Part shown: positions 42,993 to 53,471 of the stretch, in pieces
Layout of the letters: each line of letters opens with the position of its first letter
Position numbering within the stretch: the stretch's first letter is position 1
Assembly (NCBI GenBank): GCA_016869675.1
Contig: VGDP01000007.1
Span: 4,286-68,285, forward strand
Origin: Alphaproteobacteria bacterium
Lineage (GTDB): Bacteria > Pseudomonadota > Alphaproteobacteria > SP197
DNA length: 64,000 bases
Direction of reading: 5' to 3'
Notes under the pieces: generated by a model
Told to the model about the DNA's origin: nothing
Seen by the model: only the letters and a program-made list of their open reading frames with translations
Database searches by the model: none
Made by a program: the position numbers and the translations under genes

Positions 42993-43652
42993 TTACGCGT
43001 CCTCGGCGCCGGCGTCGATGCGGGCGATCAATTCCGCCTCGGTGATCGTGCCGCGCTTCTCCACCTCGCGCCGCTCGTGCTCGCGCAGGCCCTCGCTCAG
43101 GTCGTCGATGCGCTTCCATTCGGCGAACGGTGTGGCCTTGCCCGGGCGCGGCACGTAGCGCGACGGCGTGACCTTCTGGTAGCGGTGCACGTAACTCGGA
43201 CAGTTCACCCAGATGTCGGTGACGGTCACGCGCACGGCGAGATCCGCCTCGGTCCAATCGGCCAGCAGGGCGGGATCGGCGGTGATGGCGGCGCTGCCCT
43301 ACAGGCGCAGGCGCAGGGGTTTCTCGAAGTCGATGAACAGCATCCCGACCAGCGCCGATTTGGCGATGTTGCCCATGGACAGGAACATGCCGTTGTTGTC
43401 GTAGCTCGGGAACAGCAGGGTCTTGGGGTCGAGCACCTTGATGAAGCCCGGGTCGCCGCCCTTGTAGGACACGGTCGGGCGGCCGCGGTCGTCGACGGTG
43501 GACAGGAACACCATGTCGCGCGACTCGATGGACGCGCGCTCGCGCTCGCCGACCGCGTCGCGCCAGTCGCTGGCCTCGTTGAGGTCGGCCATGCGCCGGG
43601 TGCCGAACTGATCCTGCAGCGCCCGATGGGCCTTGGAGTAGAGCCTGCTCAT
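42993..43652 (-). pseudogene. pyridoxamine 5'-phosphate oxidase-like FMN-binding protein interrupted by an in-frame TAG (43299-43301)
   Basis: ALQDQFGTR, PTVSYKGGDPGF, FPSYDNNGMFLSMGNI, LFIDFEKP; the same frame continues to WVNCPSYVHRY after the TAG. Confidence 0.85.
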
Positions 43653-43693
43653 GCAGCGCCTCCCTGCGGTACGTGGAGTCCGGCCGCGCCGGC

Positions 43694-44533
43694 CTATCCT
43701 CCGCGGCTCCGGAACGGGTTGGCCGGGTAGACGCCCAGCACCTTGACCCGGCGCGAGAAGAAGCCGAGCTCCTCGAACGCGAGCCGGACCGAGGGCGTCG
43801 CCGGGTGCCCCTCGATGTCGGCGTAGAACTGCGTCGCTGAGAAGCTGCCGTCCAGCATGTAGCTTTCCAGTTTGACCATGTTGACGCGGTTGGTGGCGAA
43901 ACCGCCGAGCGCCTTGTAGAGCGCGGCGGGCACGTTGCGCACCTGGAACACGAACGAGGTCATGACCAGCCCCGACTCGGGGTCCGGGTCGGCCGGCTCG
44001 CGCGCCAGCACCACGAAGCGCGTGGTGTTGTGGTGCGCGTCCTCGATCGACTGCTCCAGGATATCGAGGCCGTAGAACTCGGCGGCGAGCGACGAGGCGA
44101 TCGCGGCGCGCGTCGGATCACCCAGGCGCGCCACCTCGGCCGCCGCGCCGGCGGTATCCGCGTGGACCGTCGGCCTCAGCTTGTGCTCCCGCAGGTACCT
44201 GCGGCACTGGCCGAGCGCCTGGACGTGGGAGTGCACGGTGCGCACGCCGTCGAGCCGCGCGCCCCGCGGCGCCAGCAGGCAATGGCGCACCGCCTGGAAA
44301 TGCTCGGCAACGATGTTGAGGTCGGTCTCGGGCAGCAGGTGATGGACGTCGGCGACGCGCCCGGCGACCGAGTTCTCGATCGGGATCATGGCCACGTCGG
44401 CGCGGCCCTGAACCACGGACTCGAAGGCGTCCTCGAAGGATTCGCAGGCGACCGTCGTGTGGTCCGGCAGGGATTCGCGGCACGCCAGATGGGAGTAGGC
44501 GCCGGGCTGGCCCTGGAAGGCGACGGTCGGCAA
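43694..44533 (-). CDS. pheA: prephenate dehydratase
   Basis: AFQGQPGAYS, PIENSVAGRV, SHVQALGQC, NTTRF, ACT domain KLESY. Confidence 0.95.
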   Translation of the reverse strand: MPTVAFQGQPGAYSHLACRESLPDHTTVACESFEDAFESVVQGRADVAMIPIENSVAGRVADVHHLLPETDLNIVAEHFQAVRHCLLAPRGARLDGVRTVHSHVQALGQCRRYLREHKLRPTVHADTAGAAAEVARLGDPTRAAIASSLAAEFYGLDILEQSIEDAHHNTTRFVVLAREPADPDPESGLVMTSFVFQVRNVPAALYKALGGFATNRVNMVKLESYMLDGSFSATQFYADIEGHPATPSVRLAFEELGFFSRRVKVLGVYPANPFRSRGG

Positions 44534-44544
44534 CGGTCCGGTTC

Positions 44545-45306
44545 CTAGGTGGAGGGCGGCGCGGGCGCCAGCAGGGCGCGCGCGCGCTCGAGATCGGCCG
44601 GAGTATCGACACCGAGCGGAACCGTGTCAACGCGGGCCACCGCGATGGTCATGCCGGCCTCGAGAGCCCGCAGCTGCTCGAGTCGCTCGCGCCGTTCGAG
44701 CGGGCTCGGCGGCAGGGCGACGAAGCGTTCCAGCGCCGCGCGGCGGTAGGCGTAGAGCCCGATGTGGTGCCACAGCGGCCCTTCGCCCCACGGCGCGCGG
44801 GCCCGGCTGAACCACAGTGCGCGGCCCAGGCCGGGGCCATCGGGCCAGGCGACCACCGCCTTGACCACGTTGGGGTCGTCGGCCTCCTCGGACCGGGCGA
44901 TGGGGGCGACCAGCGTCGCGATGTCGGCGCCGCCGGCCGCGAGCGCCGCCAGGGCGACGCCCGGCAGGGCGGGGTCGAGCGTCGGCAGATCGCCCTGAAC
45001 GTTGACGACGGCGTCGTGGCGCCGGTCGGGATCGACCGCTGCGAGCGCCGCGTGGATGCGGTCCGACCCCGAGGGCAACGCCGGATCGGTCAGCAAGGCG
45101 CGGCCGCCGGCCCGCTCGATGGCGTGCGCGATGGCCGCGTCGGCGCATGCCACCACGACGGGGCCGACGCCGGCCGCTACGGCGCGCCGCCAGACGTGCA
45201 CGATCATCGCCTCGCCATGGATCGTGGCGAGCGGCTTGTCAGGCAGCCGGCTGGCGGCCAGCCGGGCCGGGATGAGCACTAGAGCGTCGCCCTCGAAAGC
45301 CGCCAT
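44545..45306 (-). CDS. kdsB: 3-deoxy-manno-octulosonate cytidylyltransferase
   Basis: [52 protein letters not shown]. Confidence 0.95.
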   Translation of the reverse strand: MAAFEGDALVLIPARLAASRLPDKPLATIHGEAMIVHVWRRAVAAGVGPVVVACADAAIAHAIERAGGRALLTDPALPSGSDRIHAALAAVDPDRRHDAVVNVQGDLPTLDPALPGVALAALAAGGADIATLVAPIARSEEADDPNVVKAVVAWPDGPGLGRALWFSRARAPWGEGPLWHHIGLYAYRRAALERFVALPPSPLERRERLEQLRALEAGMTIAVARVDTVPLGVDTPADLERARALLAPAPPST

Positions 45307-45416
45307 GATTCCTCTAAGACTCTGAATCCGGACCCTTATAGGTCGTTGGACAGGGCCCGGTGAAGTGGTTACTCTCGCGCCGCTCGTTGATCCCCAACCG
45401 GACGGACGGACGCCGC

Positions 45417-45983
45417 ATGAACGCCTTCGAGTTCAACAAGATTGCCGGGGCCGTGCTGGGCTCAGCCCTCATCCTGTGGGCCGTCAGCATGATCGGCGAC
45501 TCGATCTACCCGATGCACAGCGGGGAAGGCCATGGCGAGGCCGAGCGCGTGCTGCACTACGCGGTGAGCGTGCCCGAGGGCGAAGGCGGCGCCGAGGCGA
45601 CGGCCGAGGCCGGCGCGCCCGCCGCGTCGCTGGGCGCGCTGCTGGCGGCGGCGGACGTGGCCAACGGCGAGAAGGTCGCGAAGAAGTGCGCGGCGTGCCA
45701 CACCTTCGACGCCGGCGGCGCCAACAAGGTCGGCCCGAACCTTCACGACATCGTCGGCGCCAACCGGGCGCACGCGGCGGGTTTCGCCTATTCGGCGGCG
45801 ATCACGGGTCTGGCCGGCACCTGGACCTGGGAGGAGCTCGACGCGTTCCTCGCCAACCCGAAGGACTACGCGCCCGGCACCAAGATGACCTTCGCCGGCG
45901 TCAAGAAGCCCGAGGATCGCGCCGACCTGCTGGCCTACCTGGGCAGCGTCACCACCGCCCCGCCGCCCCTGCCGGCGCCGTAA
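45417..45983 (+). CDS. membrane-anchored class I cytochrome c (CycM/cy-like)
   Basis: N-terminal [13 protein letters not shown] anchor, CAACH, GPNL, PGTKM. Confidence 0.92.
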   Translation: MNAFEFNKIAGAVLGSALILWAVSMIGDSIYPMHSGEGHGEAERVLHYAVSVPEGEGGAEATAEAGAPAASLGALLAAADVANGEKVAKKCAACHTFDAGGANKVGPNLHDIVGANRAHAAGFAYSAAITGLAGTWTWEELDAFLANPKDYAPGTKMTFAGVKKPEDRADLLAYLGSVTTAPPPLPAP

Positions 45984-46008
45984 CCAACCGTCCCGATCGG
46001 CCTTCTCG

Positions 46009-46101
46009 GCCACCGCCCAACCCCTCCCCCGCGAGGGGGGAGGGGTTGGGCCGGGGCCTTTGACGCCCCCTCCCCCTCGATGGAGGAGGGTCGGGGTGGG
46101 G
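46009..46101. repeat. CCC(T)CACCC/CCTCCCCC-family palindromic repeat between convergent genes
   Basis: Hairpin CCCAACCCCTCCCCC-GCGA-GGGGGGAGGGGTTGGG plus a second CCCTCCCCC..GGGTCGGGGTGGGG arm. Confidence 0.7.
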
Positions 46102-46108
46102 CCGCGAC

Positions 46109-47875
46109 TCAGCGCCGGCCGAACAGCTTTTCGATATCGGCGAGCTTGAGTTCGATGTAGGTCGGGCGGCCGTGGCCGCACTGGCCGGAATGGGGCGTCG
46201 CCTCCATCTCGCGCAGCAGTGCGTCCATCTCGGCGGCCGAGAGCGCACGCCCGGCGCGCACGCTGCCGTGGCACGCCATGGTCGCGCACACCCGGTCGAG
46301 CGCGTCCTCGAGCGCGACGGCGTCGCCGAGCGACGCCAGGTCCTCGGCCAGGTCGCGCACGAGCCCCGCCGCGTCCGCCGCGCCCAGCGCCGCCGGCACC
46401 TCGCGCACCAGCACGGCGCCGAGACCGAAAGGCTCGACGACCAGGCCAAGATCGGCGAGTTCAGCCGCGCGGGCGGCCAGACGCTCGACCTCGGGCGGCG
46501 TCAGCTCGACCACCTCGGGGATCAGCAGCGGCTGACGCGCGACACCCTGGCCGGCGCGCTGACGCTTGATGCGCTCGTGCACCAGCCGCTCGTGCGCGGC
46601 GTGCTGGTCGACGAGGACCAGGCCGTCGGCGGTCTGGGCGACGATGTAGGTGCCGTGGAGCTGGGCACGCGCGGCGCCCAGGGGATGATCGACGGCGGTC
46701 GTGTCAGCCGGCGGCTGGAGGCGCGCCGATGGTCGCGCCAGGTCCATCGCTAGGTTGCCCGTGGCGTAGGGCGCCTGGGCCTCGGCCAGCGCCGCCCGCG
46801 CGGCCGGACCGACCACGGGCATCCCATAGCTCCGCGCGACTTGGTGGAACGTGGCCGCCGGTGTCGTGGCGGCGCGGTGGCCGGTGCGGTCGAGCGCCGC
46901 GCGCACGCCGGTGACGATGAGCGCGCGCACCAGCGCGGGATCGCGGAAGCGCACCTCGACCTTGGCCGGGTGCACGTTGACGTCCACGGCGTCCGCCGGC
47001 AGCGTCAGGAACAGCGCCACGGCCGGGTGGCGGTCGTGGGCCAGCAGATCGCGGTAGGCGCCGCGCAGCGCGCCGAGCAGCAGGCGGTCACGCACCGGCC
47101 GGCCGTTGACCACCAGGTGCTGCTGCTCGGTGGTGCGGCGGTGATAGGTGGGCAGGCCGGCATGACCGGCGAGCCGCACGCCCTCGCGTTCGGCGTCGAC
47201 CGGCACGGCGCTTTCGATGAAGGCGCGCCCCAGCACGGCGCCGACGCGCGCACGCCGCGCCTCGAACAGGTCCGCCGCCTCGGCGTCGAGCCGCATCGCC
47301 GCGCGCCCGTCGACCTCCAGCGAGAAGGCGACGTGGGGATGGGCGAGCGCCAGGCGCTCGACCGTCTCGCGCACGCGCTCCACCTCGGTGCGCTCGGCCT
47401 TGAGGAACTTGAGCCGCGCCGGCGTCGCGTGGAACAGCTCGCGCACCTCGACGCGGGTGCCGGGCGCCGCCGCCGCCGGGCGCGGCCCGTCCTTGCGGGC
47501 GCCGTCCACGGTGATCGCCGCGCCCGCGCCGCCGCGCGTGCGGCTGGTCACGGTCAGGCGCGCCACGGCGCCGATCGAGGGCAGTGCTTCGCCGCGGAAG
47601 CCAAGGGTCCCGATCGCGGTCAGGTCGCCGTCGGGCAGCTTCGAGGTGGCGTGGCGCTCGACCGCGAGCGCGAGGTCGTCGGCCGTCATGCCGCGCCCGT
47701 CGTCCTCGACCATGACCAGGGCGCGGCCACCCGCCTCGATGCGGATCGCGACGCGGCGCGCCTCAGCGTCGAGCGCGTTTTCGACCAGTTCCTTGACCAC
47801 CGAGGCCGGGCGCTCGACCACCTCGCCGGCGGCGATGCGGTTGATCAGCCCTTCGGGCAGGCGGCGGATCGCCAT
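46109..47875 (-). CDS. mutL: DNA mismatch repair protein MutL
   Basis: [48 protein letters not shown]. Confidence 0.97.
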   Translation of the reverse strand: MAIRRLPEGLINRIAAGEVVERPASVVKELVENALDAEARRVAIRIEAGGRALVMVEDDGRGMTADDLALAVERHATSKLPDGDLTAIGTLGFRGEALPSIGAVARLTVTSRTRGGAGAAITVDGARKDGPRPAAAAPGTRVEVRELFHATPARLKFLKAERTEVERVRETVERLALAHPHVAFSLEVDGRAAMRLDAEAADLFEARRARVGAVLGRAFIESAVPVDAEREGVRLAGHAGLPTYHRRTTEQQHLVVNGRPVRDRLLLGALRGAYRDLLAHDRHPAVALFLTLPADAVDVNVHPAKVEVRFRDPALVRALIVTGVRAALDRTGHRAATTPAATFHQVARSYGMPVVGPAARAALAEAQAPYATGNLAMDLARPSARLQPPADTTAVDHPLGAARAQLHGTYIVAQTADGLVLVDQHAAHERLVHERIKRQRAGQGVARQPLLIPEVVELTPPEVERLAARAAELADLGLVVEPFGLGAVLVREVPAALGAADAAGLVRDLAEDLASLGDAVALEDALDRVCATMACHGSVRAGRALSAAEMDALLREMEATPHSGQCGHGRPTYIELKLADIEKLFGRR

Positions 47876-47878
47876 GGC

Positions 47879-49159
47879 TTAGCCGCGCGCAAGCCAGCGC
47901 CGGGTCAGCACCTTGCCCTGCTCGACCGCCGGCTGGTCGAACGGATCGACGCCCAGGAGATCGCACGCCAGGATCGTCTCGATCATCATGTGCATCAGGA
48001 GCGCGCCCAGCGTCGCCGCGTCAAGGGCGGGCGTGCGCAGCACGCGCACGGGGCGCCCGGCGCGGATCAGCGTCTCGATGGTTGCCCGCTGCTCGGCCTC
48101 CAGCAGGTCGCCGAGCGTGCGTCCCTCCAGGTAGCCGATCGACGGATCGCCGGCGAGCGCCGGGTCCAGGCGCGGTCCCGTGGCGGCGCGGTCGAGCACG
48201 ACGACGGTGAACAGCTTGTCGGCGGGGCCGTCGAGCCAAAGCTGGAGTTGGCTGTGCTGATCCGCCGGGCCGCGCGCCGCCACCGGCTGGGTGCCGTGGC
48301 CGGCCTTGCCCAGGCTTTCGGCCCAGAGCTGGGTGTACCAAGCGCCGAACGGGGCGAGCGCATCGGCGTAGCCGAGCAGGACCGACGTCGCCACGCCCTT
48401 CTCCCGCGCCAGGCCGACCTGCAGCGCAGCGCCGACCACCGGTGCGGCGTCGCGTGCATCCGTGGCGGCCAGCGTGTGGTCGAGCACGGTGCGGGCGCCG
48501 GCGCGCAACCCCGCGCCGTCGATGCCGCCGAGCGCCGCCGGCAGCAGCCCGACGTTCGACAGCACCGAGAAGCGCCCCGAGAGCGCCGGATCGTGATCCA
48601 GCGTCGTCAGGCCGAAACGCCGGGCCAGCGTGCGCAGGGGCGATTCGCCAGGGCCGGCCAGGACCAGCATGTGCTCGGCCAGCCGATCCTCGCCGACGGT
48701 CGCGCGCAGGAGCGCCACCGCCATCAGCGCTTGGGCGACGGTCTCGGGCGTCGAGCCCGAGCGCGAGACGGCGATGAACGCGGTGCGCGCCGGGTCGAGC
48801 TCCGCCGCGGCGCGCTGCCACGACCACGGGTCGATGGTCTCGACCGTGTGGACGCGGGGCGTGCCGCCCGGCGCGAGCGCCAGCAGGGCTTGGGCGCCCA
48901 GGCTGGAACCGCCGATGCCCAGCACCACCACGTCGGTGACGCGCGCGGCGAGTTCGCGCGCCGTCGCGGCGATGGCGTCGAGATCGTCAGCGCGGCGGGC
49001 CAGCGCGAGCGGCGGCGGCAGGGACGCGGCGTCGCGTAGGCGGCCGCGCGCAGCGGCGGCACGGGCGAGCCAGGCGTCGAAGCGAGCGGGTTCCAGGCCA
49101 TGGGGGCCGAGCGCGCCGGCGTGATCCTGATGGTAGGGAGGCGCGGCGCGGCCCCGCAT
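47879..49159 (-). CDS. pgi: glucose-6-phosphate isomerase (short type)
   Basis: LGIGGSSLG, SRSGSTPET, GRFSVLS, QLWAESLGK, DQHSQLQ, PFDQPAVEQGK. Confidence 0.92.
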   Translation of the reverse strand: MRGRAAPPYHQDHAGALGPHGLEPARFDAWLARAAAARGRLRDAASLPPPLALARRADDLDAIAATARELAARVTDVVVLGIGGSSLGAQALLALAPGGTPRVHTVETIDPWSWQRAAAELDPARTAFIAVSRSGSTPETVAQALMAVALLRATVGEDRLAEHMLVLAGPGESPLRTLARRFGLTTLDHDPALSGRFSVLSNVGLLPAALGGIDGAGLRAGARTVLDHTLAATDARDAAPVVGAALQVGLAREKGVATSVLLGYADALAPFGAWYTQLWAESLGKAGHGTQPVAARGPADQHSQLQLWLDGPADKLFTVVVLDRAATGPRLDPALAGDPSIGYLEGRTLGDLLEAEQRATIETLIRAGRPVRVLRTPALDAATLGALLMHMMIETILACDLLGVDPFDQPAVEQGKVLTRRWLARG

Positions 49160-49166
49160 GGCGCGC

Positions 49167-49730
49167 CTAGAAGATTCCTTCGAAGATCGCCTTCTTGCGT
49201 TCCTCGATGACCGGCGTCGCGCCGGTGGTGGGCGGCGCGCGGGTGGCCGCCGCCTCGGACAGGCGCTGGGCCTCGGCCTCGGCGTCGATGATGACAACCG
49301 GCGTGGCCCGAGGGCGCCAGAAGATCAGCCGGTCGGCGAGCGAGATGTCCTCGGCGAGCAGCGCGTTGTCCTCGTTGATGAGCTGGCGGATCGACGGATC
49401 GGCCTGCTCGACACCGGCCCGGGTCAGGAGATCGGTCAGGCCCGGGCTGCCCGACGCCGCGCCCCCAGCGGTGCCGAACACGATCGCCGCGGCTTGGTCG
49501 CGCGTCTCGCCTTCCTGGGGCCGGGGCGCGCCGGGCTGCGGCGGGCGCAGGCCGAAATCGGGCGGCACGCTGAGCGGCGGGCGGCTGACCACCTGGAACT
49601 CGTCGGGCGGCTGCTTGCCGATGCCGAGCGAGCGCTTGGTCTGCTCGCAGCCGGCCAGCGCCAGCGCCGCCAGCGCGACGATGGCGACGAGACGGACCGG
49701 ACGGCGGGTCTGCGGGCGGGCTTCCATCAT
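49167..49730 (-). CDS. DUF3035-like lipoprotein
   Basis: Lipobox LAGC; PDEFQVVSRPPLSVPPDF.LRPP.PG. Confidence 0.82.
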   Translation of the reverse strand: MMEARPQTRRPVRLVAIVALAALALAGCEQTKRSLGIGKQPPDEFQVVSRPPLSVPPDFGLRPPQPGAPRPQEGETRDQAAAIVFGTAGGAASGSPGLTDLLTRAGVEQADPSIRQLINEDNALLAEDISLADRLIFWRPRATPVVIIDAEAEAQRLSEAAATRAPPTTGATPVIEERKKAIFEGIF

Positions 49731-50218
49731 GGCCGTGGGGGCCGATTATGATCCGCGCGGCGGGCGCCGAGCAAGCTGTCCGCCAGGAGGGCGGCCACGC
49801 CGAGCGACACGGCCGCGTCGGCCAGGTTGAACGCGGGCCAGTGCCAGCCGGCCGCGTGAACGTCGAAGAAGTCGGCGACCGCGCCGTGCACAAACCGGTC
49901 GATCACGTTGCCGAGCGCGCCGCCGACGATGGCGCCGAGCACGATGGCGATGAACGGCCGAGCGCGATGCATCCACAGCAGCAGCGCCGCCACCACCGCG
50001 AGCGCGACCGCCGCCAGCAGCCAGCGCTGCAGGGCCGCCTGCTCGGGCGTGTTGAACAGGCCGAAGCTGATGCCCCGGTTCCACACCATGACCAGGTTGA
50101 AGAAGCCGGTCAGCGGCAGGGGCGCGTCGCCGCGCGCCGCCATGACGCCGATCAGCCACGCCTTGCTCGCCTGGTCGGCCAGCAGCACCAGCGCCACAAC
50201 GATAAGGCCGCGCCGCAT
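49727..50218 (-). CDS. lspA: lipoprotein signal peptidase II
   Basis: DQASK, WNRGISFG, GGALGNVIDR, GAVADF, WPAFNLAD. Confidence 0.95.
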   Translation of the reverse strand: MRRGLIVVALVLLADQASKAWLIGVMAARGDAPLPLTGFFNLVMVWNRGISFGLFNTPEQAALQRWLLAAVALAVVAALLLWMHRARPFIAIVLGAIVGGALGNVIDRFVHGAVADFFDVHAAGWHWPAFNLADAAVSLGVAALLADSLLGARRADHNRPPRP

Positions 50219-50253
50219 GTCAGGCGCCCACGGATGGCGACCTAGGGCGGCAG

Positions 50254-50383
50254 CCCCCCTCACCCCCCAAGGCTCCGCCTTGGGTCCCCCCTCTCCCACA
50301 AGGGGAGAGGGCGACTGAGACCGCTCTCCCCTTGCGGGAGAGGGAGGGGCCCATGACCCGTAGGGTCATGGAAGGGTGAGGGG
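50254..50383. repeat. CCCTCACCC...CTCTCCC...GGGAGAGG...GGGTGAGGG palindromic repeat between ileS and lspA
   Basis: Ends CCCCTCACCC / GGGTGAGGGG, two CTCTCCC-N-GGGAGAG hairpins. Confidence 0.78.
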
Positions 50384-50406
50384 TATAGCCACTCATGGCC
50401 GGCGCG

Positions 50407-53229
50407 TCAGCCGTGCACCACGTCGGCGCAGCGGCGGCACAAGTCGGCGGCGCGCGCGTCCGTGCCGACCTCGGCCAGCACCTGCCAGCAGCGCCCGCAC
50501 TTGGCGCCGGGGGCCAGAAGGCTGACCACGGCGACGCCGGGCGCGTCGTCCATGGCGAAGGCGCCGGCCGGCGGAGCCTCGGTGCTGAGCGCGATGCCCG
50601 ACGTGATCGCCAGTTCCGCCAGGTCGAGCCCGTCCAGCGCCTGGCGCTGTTCCGCCGTCACGTGGACGATCGGCGCGGCCTGCAGGCTGGCGCCGATGCG
50701 CTTCTCCTTGCGCTCGATCTCGAGCGCGCCGGTGACGACGCGCCGCACGCGACGGACGGTCTCCCAGCGCCGGCCGAGTTCGGCGTCGAACCAGTCCGCC
50801 GGGATCGTCGGGAACGTGCGCAGGTGCACGCTGCCGTCGGCCCCGGGATGGCGCGCGAGCCAGGCCTCGTCGGCGGTGAAGCACAGCACGGGCGCGAGCC
50901 ACGTGGCCAGGCACTCGAACAGGATGTCCATGACCGTGCGCGCGGCGCGCCGGCGCGGGCTGGTGCGCGCGTCGCAGTAGAGCGCGTCCTTGCGCACGTC
51001 GAAGTAGAACGCCGAGAGGTCGGAGGCGCAGAACGCGTGCACCGCGTTGAACGCGCCGTGGAAGTCGTAGGCGTCGATGGAGCGCCGGACATGGCGGTCG
51101 AGCTCGGCCACGCGGTGCAGCACCCAGCGCTCGAGCTCGGGCATCGCGCCACGCTCGACCCGTTCGGCTTCGTCGAATCCGTCGAGCGCGCCCAGCAGAT
51201 AGCGCAGGGTGTTGCGCAGGCGCCGGTACGTGTCCGCCTGGTAGGCGAAGATCTCCTCGCTGGCGCGCATGTCCTCGGTGTAGTCGGTGCTGACCACCCA
51301 CACCCGCAGGATGTCGGCGCCGTACTTCTGGATGATCGTGTCGGGCGCGATGACGTTGCCGAGCGACTTGGACATCTTGCGTCCTTCGCCGTCGGTCAGG
51401 AAACCGTGGGTCAGCACGGTCTCGTAGGGCGCGCGGCCGCGCGTGCCGCACGCCTCGAGCAGCGAGGAATGGAACCAGCCGCGATGCTGGTCCGACCCTT
51501 CCAGGTAAAGCGTCGCGGGCCAGTGATGGTCCGGTCTCCGTTCCAGCACCCACGAGTGCGTGGTGCCGGACTCGAACCACACGTCCAGGATGTCGGTGAC
51601 CTTGTCGTAGTCCTTGGGATCGCGTCCCGGCCCGAGGAATTGGGCGTCGTCGCCTGCAAACCAGATGTCGGCGCCCGCCTGCTCGACCGCTTGGGCGACC
51701 TGGTCGATCACGCCCTGGTCGCGCAGCACCTGGCCGGTCTTCTTCTCCACATAGACCGCGATGGGCACGCCCCAGGCGCGCTGGCGCGACAGCACCCAGT
51801 CGGGCCGTGTCTCGATCATGCCGCGGATGCGGTTCTCGCCGGTCCTGGGCACCCAGCGCACCTCGCCGATCGCCCTCAGCGCCTTCGCGCGCAGGTCGTT
51901 CGTCGCCATGCTGATGAACCACTGCGGCGTGTTGCGGAAGATGACCGGCGCCTTGGAACGCCAGGAGTGCGGGTAGCTGTGGACGAGCTTGGCCGTGGCG
52001 AGCAGCGCGCCGGCCGCGTCGAGCAGCGCGACCACGGCCGCGTCGGCATCGCCTGTCTTGCCGTGGGGCGTCAGCACGCGCTTGCCGGCCACCAGGGGCA
52101 CGTGGGCCATGAAGACGCCGTCGTCGTCGACCGTGTCGGGCACCTCGAGACCGTGGGCCTGGCCGAGCTCGAAGTCCTCGGCGCCATGGCCGGGCGCGGT
52201 GTGGACGAAGCCGGTGCCCTGTTCGGTGGTGACGTGATCGCCCGGCAGCAGCGGCACGTCGAAGTCGTAGCCGCGCCCGCGCCACGGGTGCGCGCTAGTG
52301 GTGCCGGCCAGCGCGGTCCCTGGCAGCCGTGCGATCTCGCGGTGCTCGGTGATGCGCGCGCGCCCGAGCGCGGCCGCCAGCAGGTCGGCCACGACCACCA
52401 GACGCTCGCCGGGCCTGGCGCGGGCGCCCTCGGCCACGGCCGTGACCTCGACGACCACGTAGGTGAACTCGGGGCCGTAGGCGATCGCCCGGTTGCCCGG
52501 GATGGTCCAGGGCGTCGTGGTCCAGATGACGATGGCCGCGCCGGCCAGCGCCGGGTCCGACGCCTTGGACACCGGGAAACGCACGTCGATCGTGGTCGAG
52601 GTCTTGTCGTGGTACTCGACCTCGGCCTCGGCCAGCGCGGTCTTCTCGACCACCGACCACATGACCGGCTTGGCGCCCTTGTAGAGCCCGCCGTTCATCA
52701 GGAACGTGCCGAGCTCGCGGATGATCTGCGCCTCGGCGGCGAAGGCCATCGTCAGGTACGGGTTGCTCCATTCGCCGACCACGCCGAGGCGCTGGAACTC
52801 GGCCGACTGCACGGCGATCCAGTGCTCGGCGAACTCGCGGCATTCCTTGCGGAACTCGACGATCGGCACGGCGTCCTTGTCGCGCCCGGCTTCGCGGTAG
52901 CGCTGCTCGACCTGCCATTCGATTGGCAGGCCGTGGCAATCCCAGCCGGGCACGTAGGGTGCGTCCTTGCCCAGCATCTGCTGGCTGCGGTTAACCACGT
53001 CCTTGAGGATCTTGTTGAGCGCGGTGCCCAGGTGGATGTGGCCGTTGGCGTAGGGCGGGCCGTCGTGGAGGATGAACCGCTCGCGCCCCTTGGCCACCTC
53101 GCGCATGCGCCGGTAGAGGTCCATGGTGCGCCAGCGTTCCAGCAGCACCGGTTCGCGCTGGGGCAGGCCCGCCTTCATGGGAAAGTCGGTCTTGGGCAGG
53201 AAGACGGTGGACTTGTAGTCGGTCGCCAT
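50407..53229 (-). CDS. ileS: isoleucine--tRNA ligase
   Basis: LHDGPPYANG, PGWDCHGLP, WTTTPWT, EGSDQHRGWF, KMSKS, C-terminal Zn finger. Confidence 0.98.
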   Translation of the reverse strand: MATDYKSTVFLPKTDFPMKAGLPQREPVLLERWRTMDLYRRMREVAKGRERFILHDGPPYANGHIHLGTALNKILKDVVNRSQQMLGKDAPYVPGWDCHGLPIEWQVEQRYREAGRDKDAVPIVEFRKECREFAEHWIAVQSAEFQRLGVVGEWSNPYLTMAFAAEAQIIRELGTFLMNGGLYKGAKPVMWSVVEKTALAEAEVEYHDKTSTTIDVRFPVSKASDPALAGAAIVIWTTTPWTIPGNRAIAYGPEFTYVVVEVTAVAEGARARPGERLVVVADLLAAALGRARITEHREIARLPGTALAGTTSAHPWRGRGYDFDVPLLPGDHVTTEQGTGFVHTAPGHGAEDFELGQAHGLEVPDTVDDDGVFMAHVPLVAGKRVLTPHGKTGDADAAVVALLDAAGALLATAKLVHSYPHSWRSKAPVIFRNTPQWFISMATNDLRAKALRAIGEVRWVPRTGENRIRGMIETRPDWVLSRQRAWGVPIAVYVEKKTGQVLRDQGVIDQVAQAVEQAGADIWFAGDDAQFLGPGRDPKDYDKVTDILDVWFESGTTHSWVLERRPDHHWPATLYLEGSDQHRGWFHSSLLEACGTRGRAPYETVLTHGFLTDGEGRKMSKSLGNVIAPDTIIQKYGADILRVWVVSTDYTEDMRASEEIFAYQADTYRRLRNTLRYLLGALDGFDEAERVERGAMPELERWVLHRVAELDRHVRRSIDAYDFHGAFNAVHAFCASDLSAFYFDVRKDALYCDARTSPRRRAARTVMDILFECLATWLAPVLCFTADEAWLARHPGADGSVHLRTFPTIPADWFDAELGRRWETVRRVRRVVTGALEIERKEKRIGASLQAAPIVHVTAEQRQALDGLDLAELAITSGIALSTEAPPAGAFAMDDAPGVAVVSLLAPGAKCGRCWQVLAEVGTDARAADLCRRCADVVHG

Positions 53230-53287
53230 GATGCGCCTTGAAACTTCGTGGTGAGGCCCTGAACCGATCGCGTCCGTACCACCCCGA

Positions 53288-53392
53288 TGTCATCCCCGGG
53301 CGACGCGGTAGCGGCGAACCGGGGAGCCAGGGTCGCGCGCGCGATGGTCCCTGGATGCCCGGTTCCGGCCCCTGGCCGGCCCGGGCATGACA
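53288..53392. repeat. TGTCA...TGACA cruciform repeat, copy 4 (between ribF and ileS)
   Basis: TGTCATCCCCGGGCG..GCGGCGAACCGGGG..CTGGATGCCCGGTTCCGG..CCGGGCATGACA. Confidence 0.85.
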
Positions 53393-53471
53393 CGACGAGC
53401 GGTACCAACGCACCGAACCCGTCACGACGACGGGCCGAGGGGCTTTTAGCAGGCGCCCCGGGGCCCGTCGA

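Noticed and set aside
24353..53392. CRISPR array suggested by conserved repeats with variable spacers
   Set aside because: Copies are dispersed kilobases apart rather than tandem, and there are no cas genes
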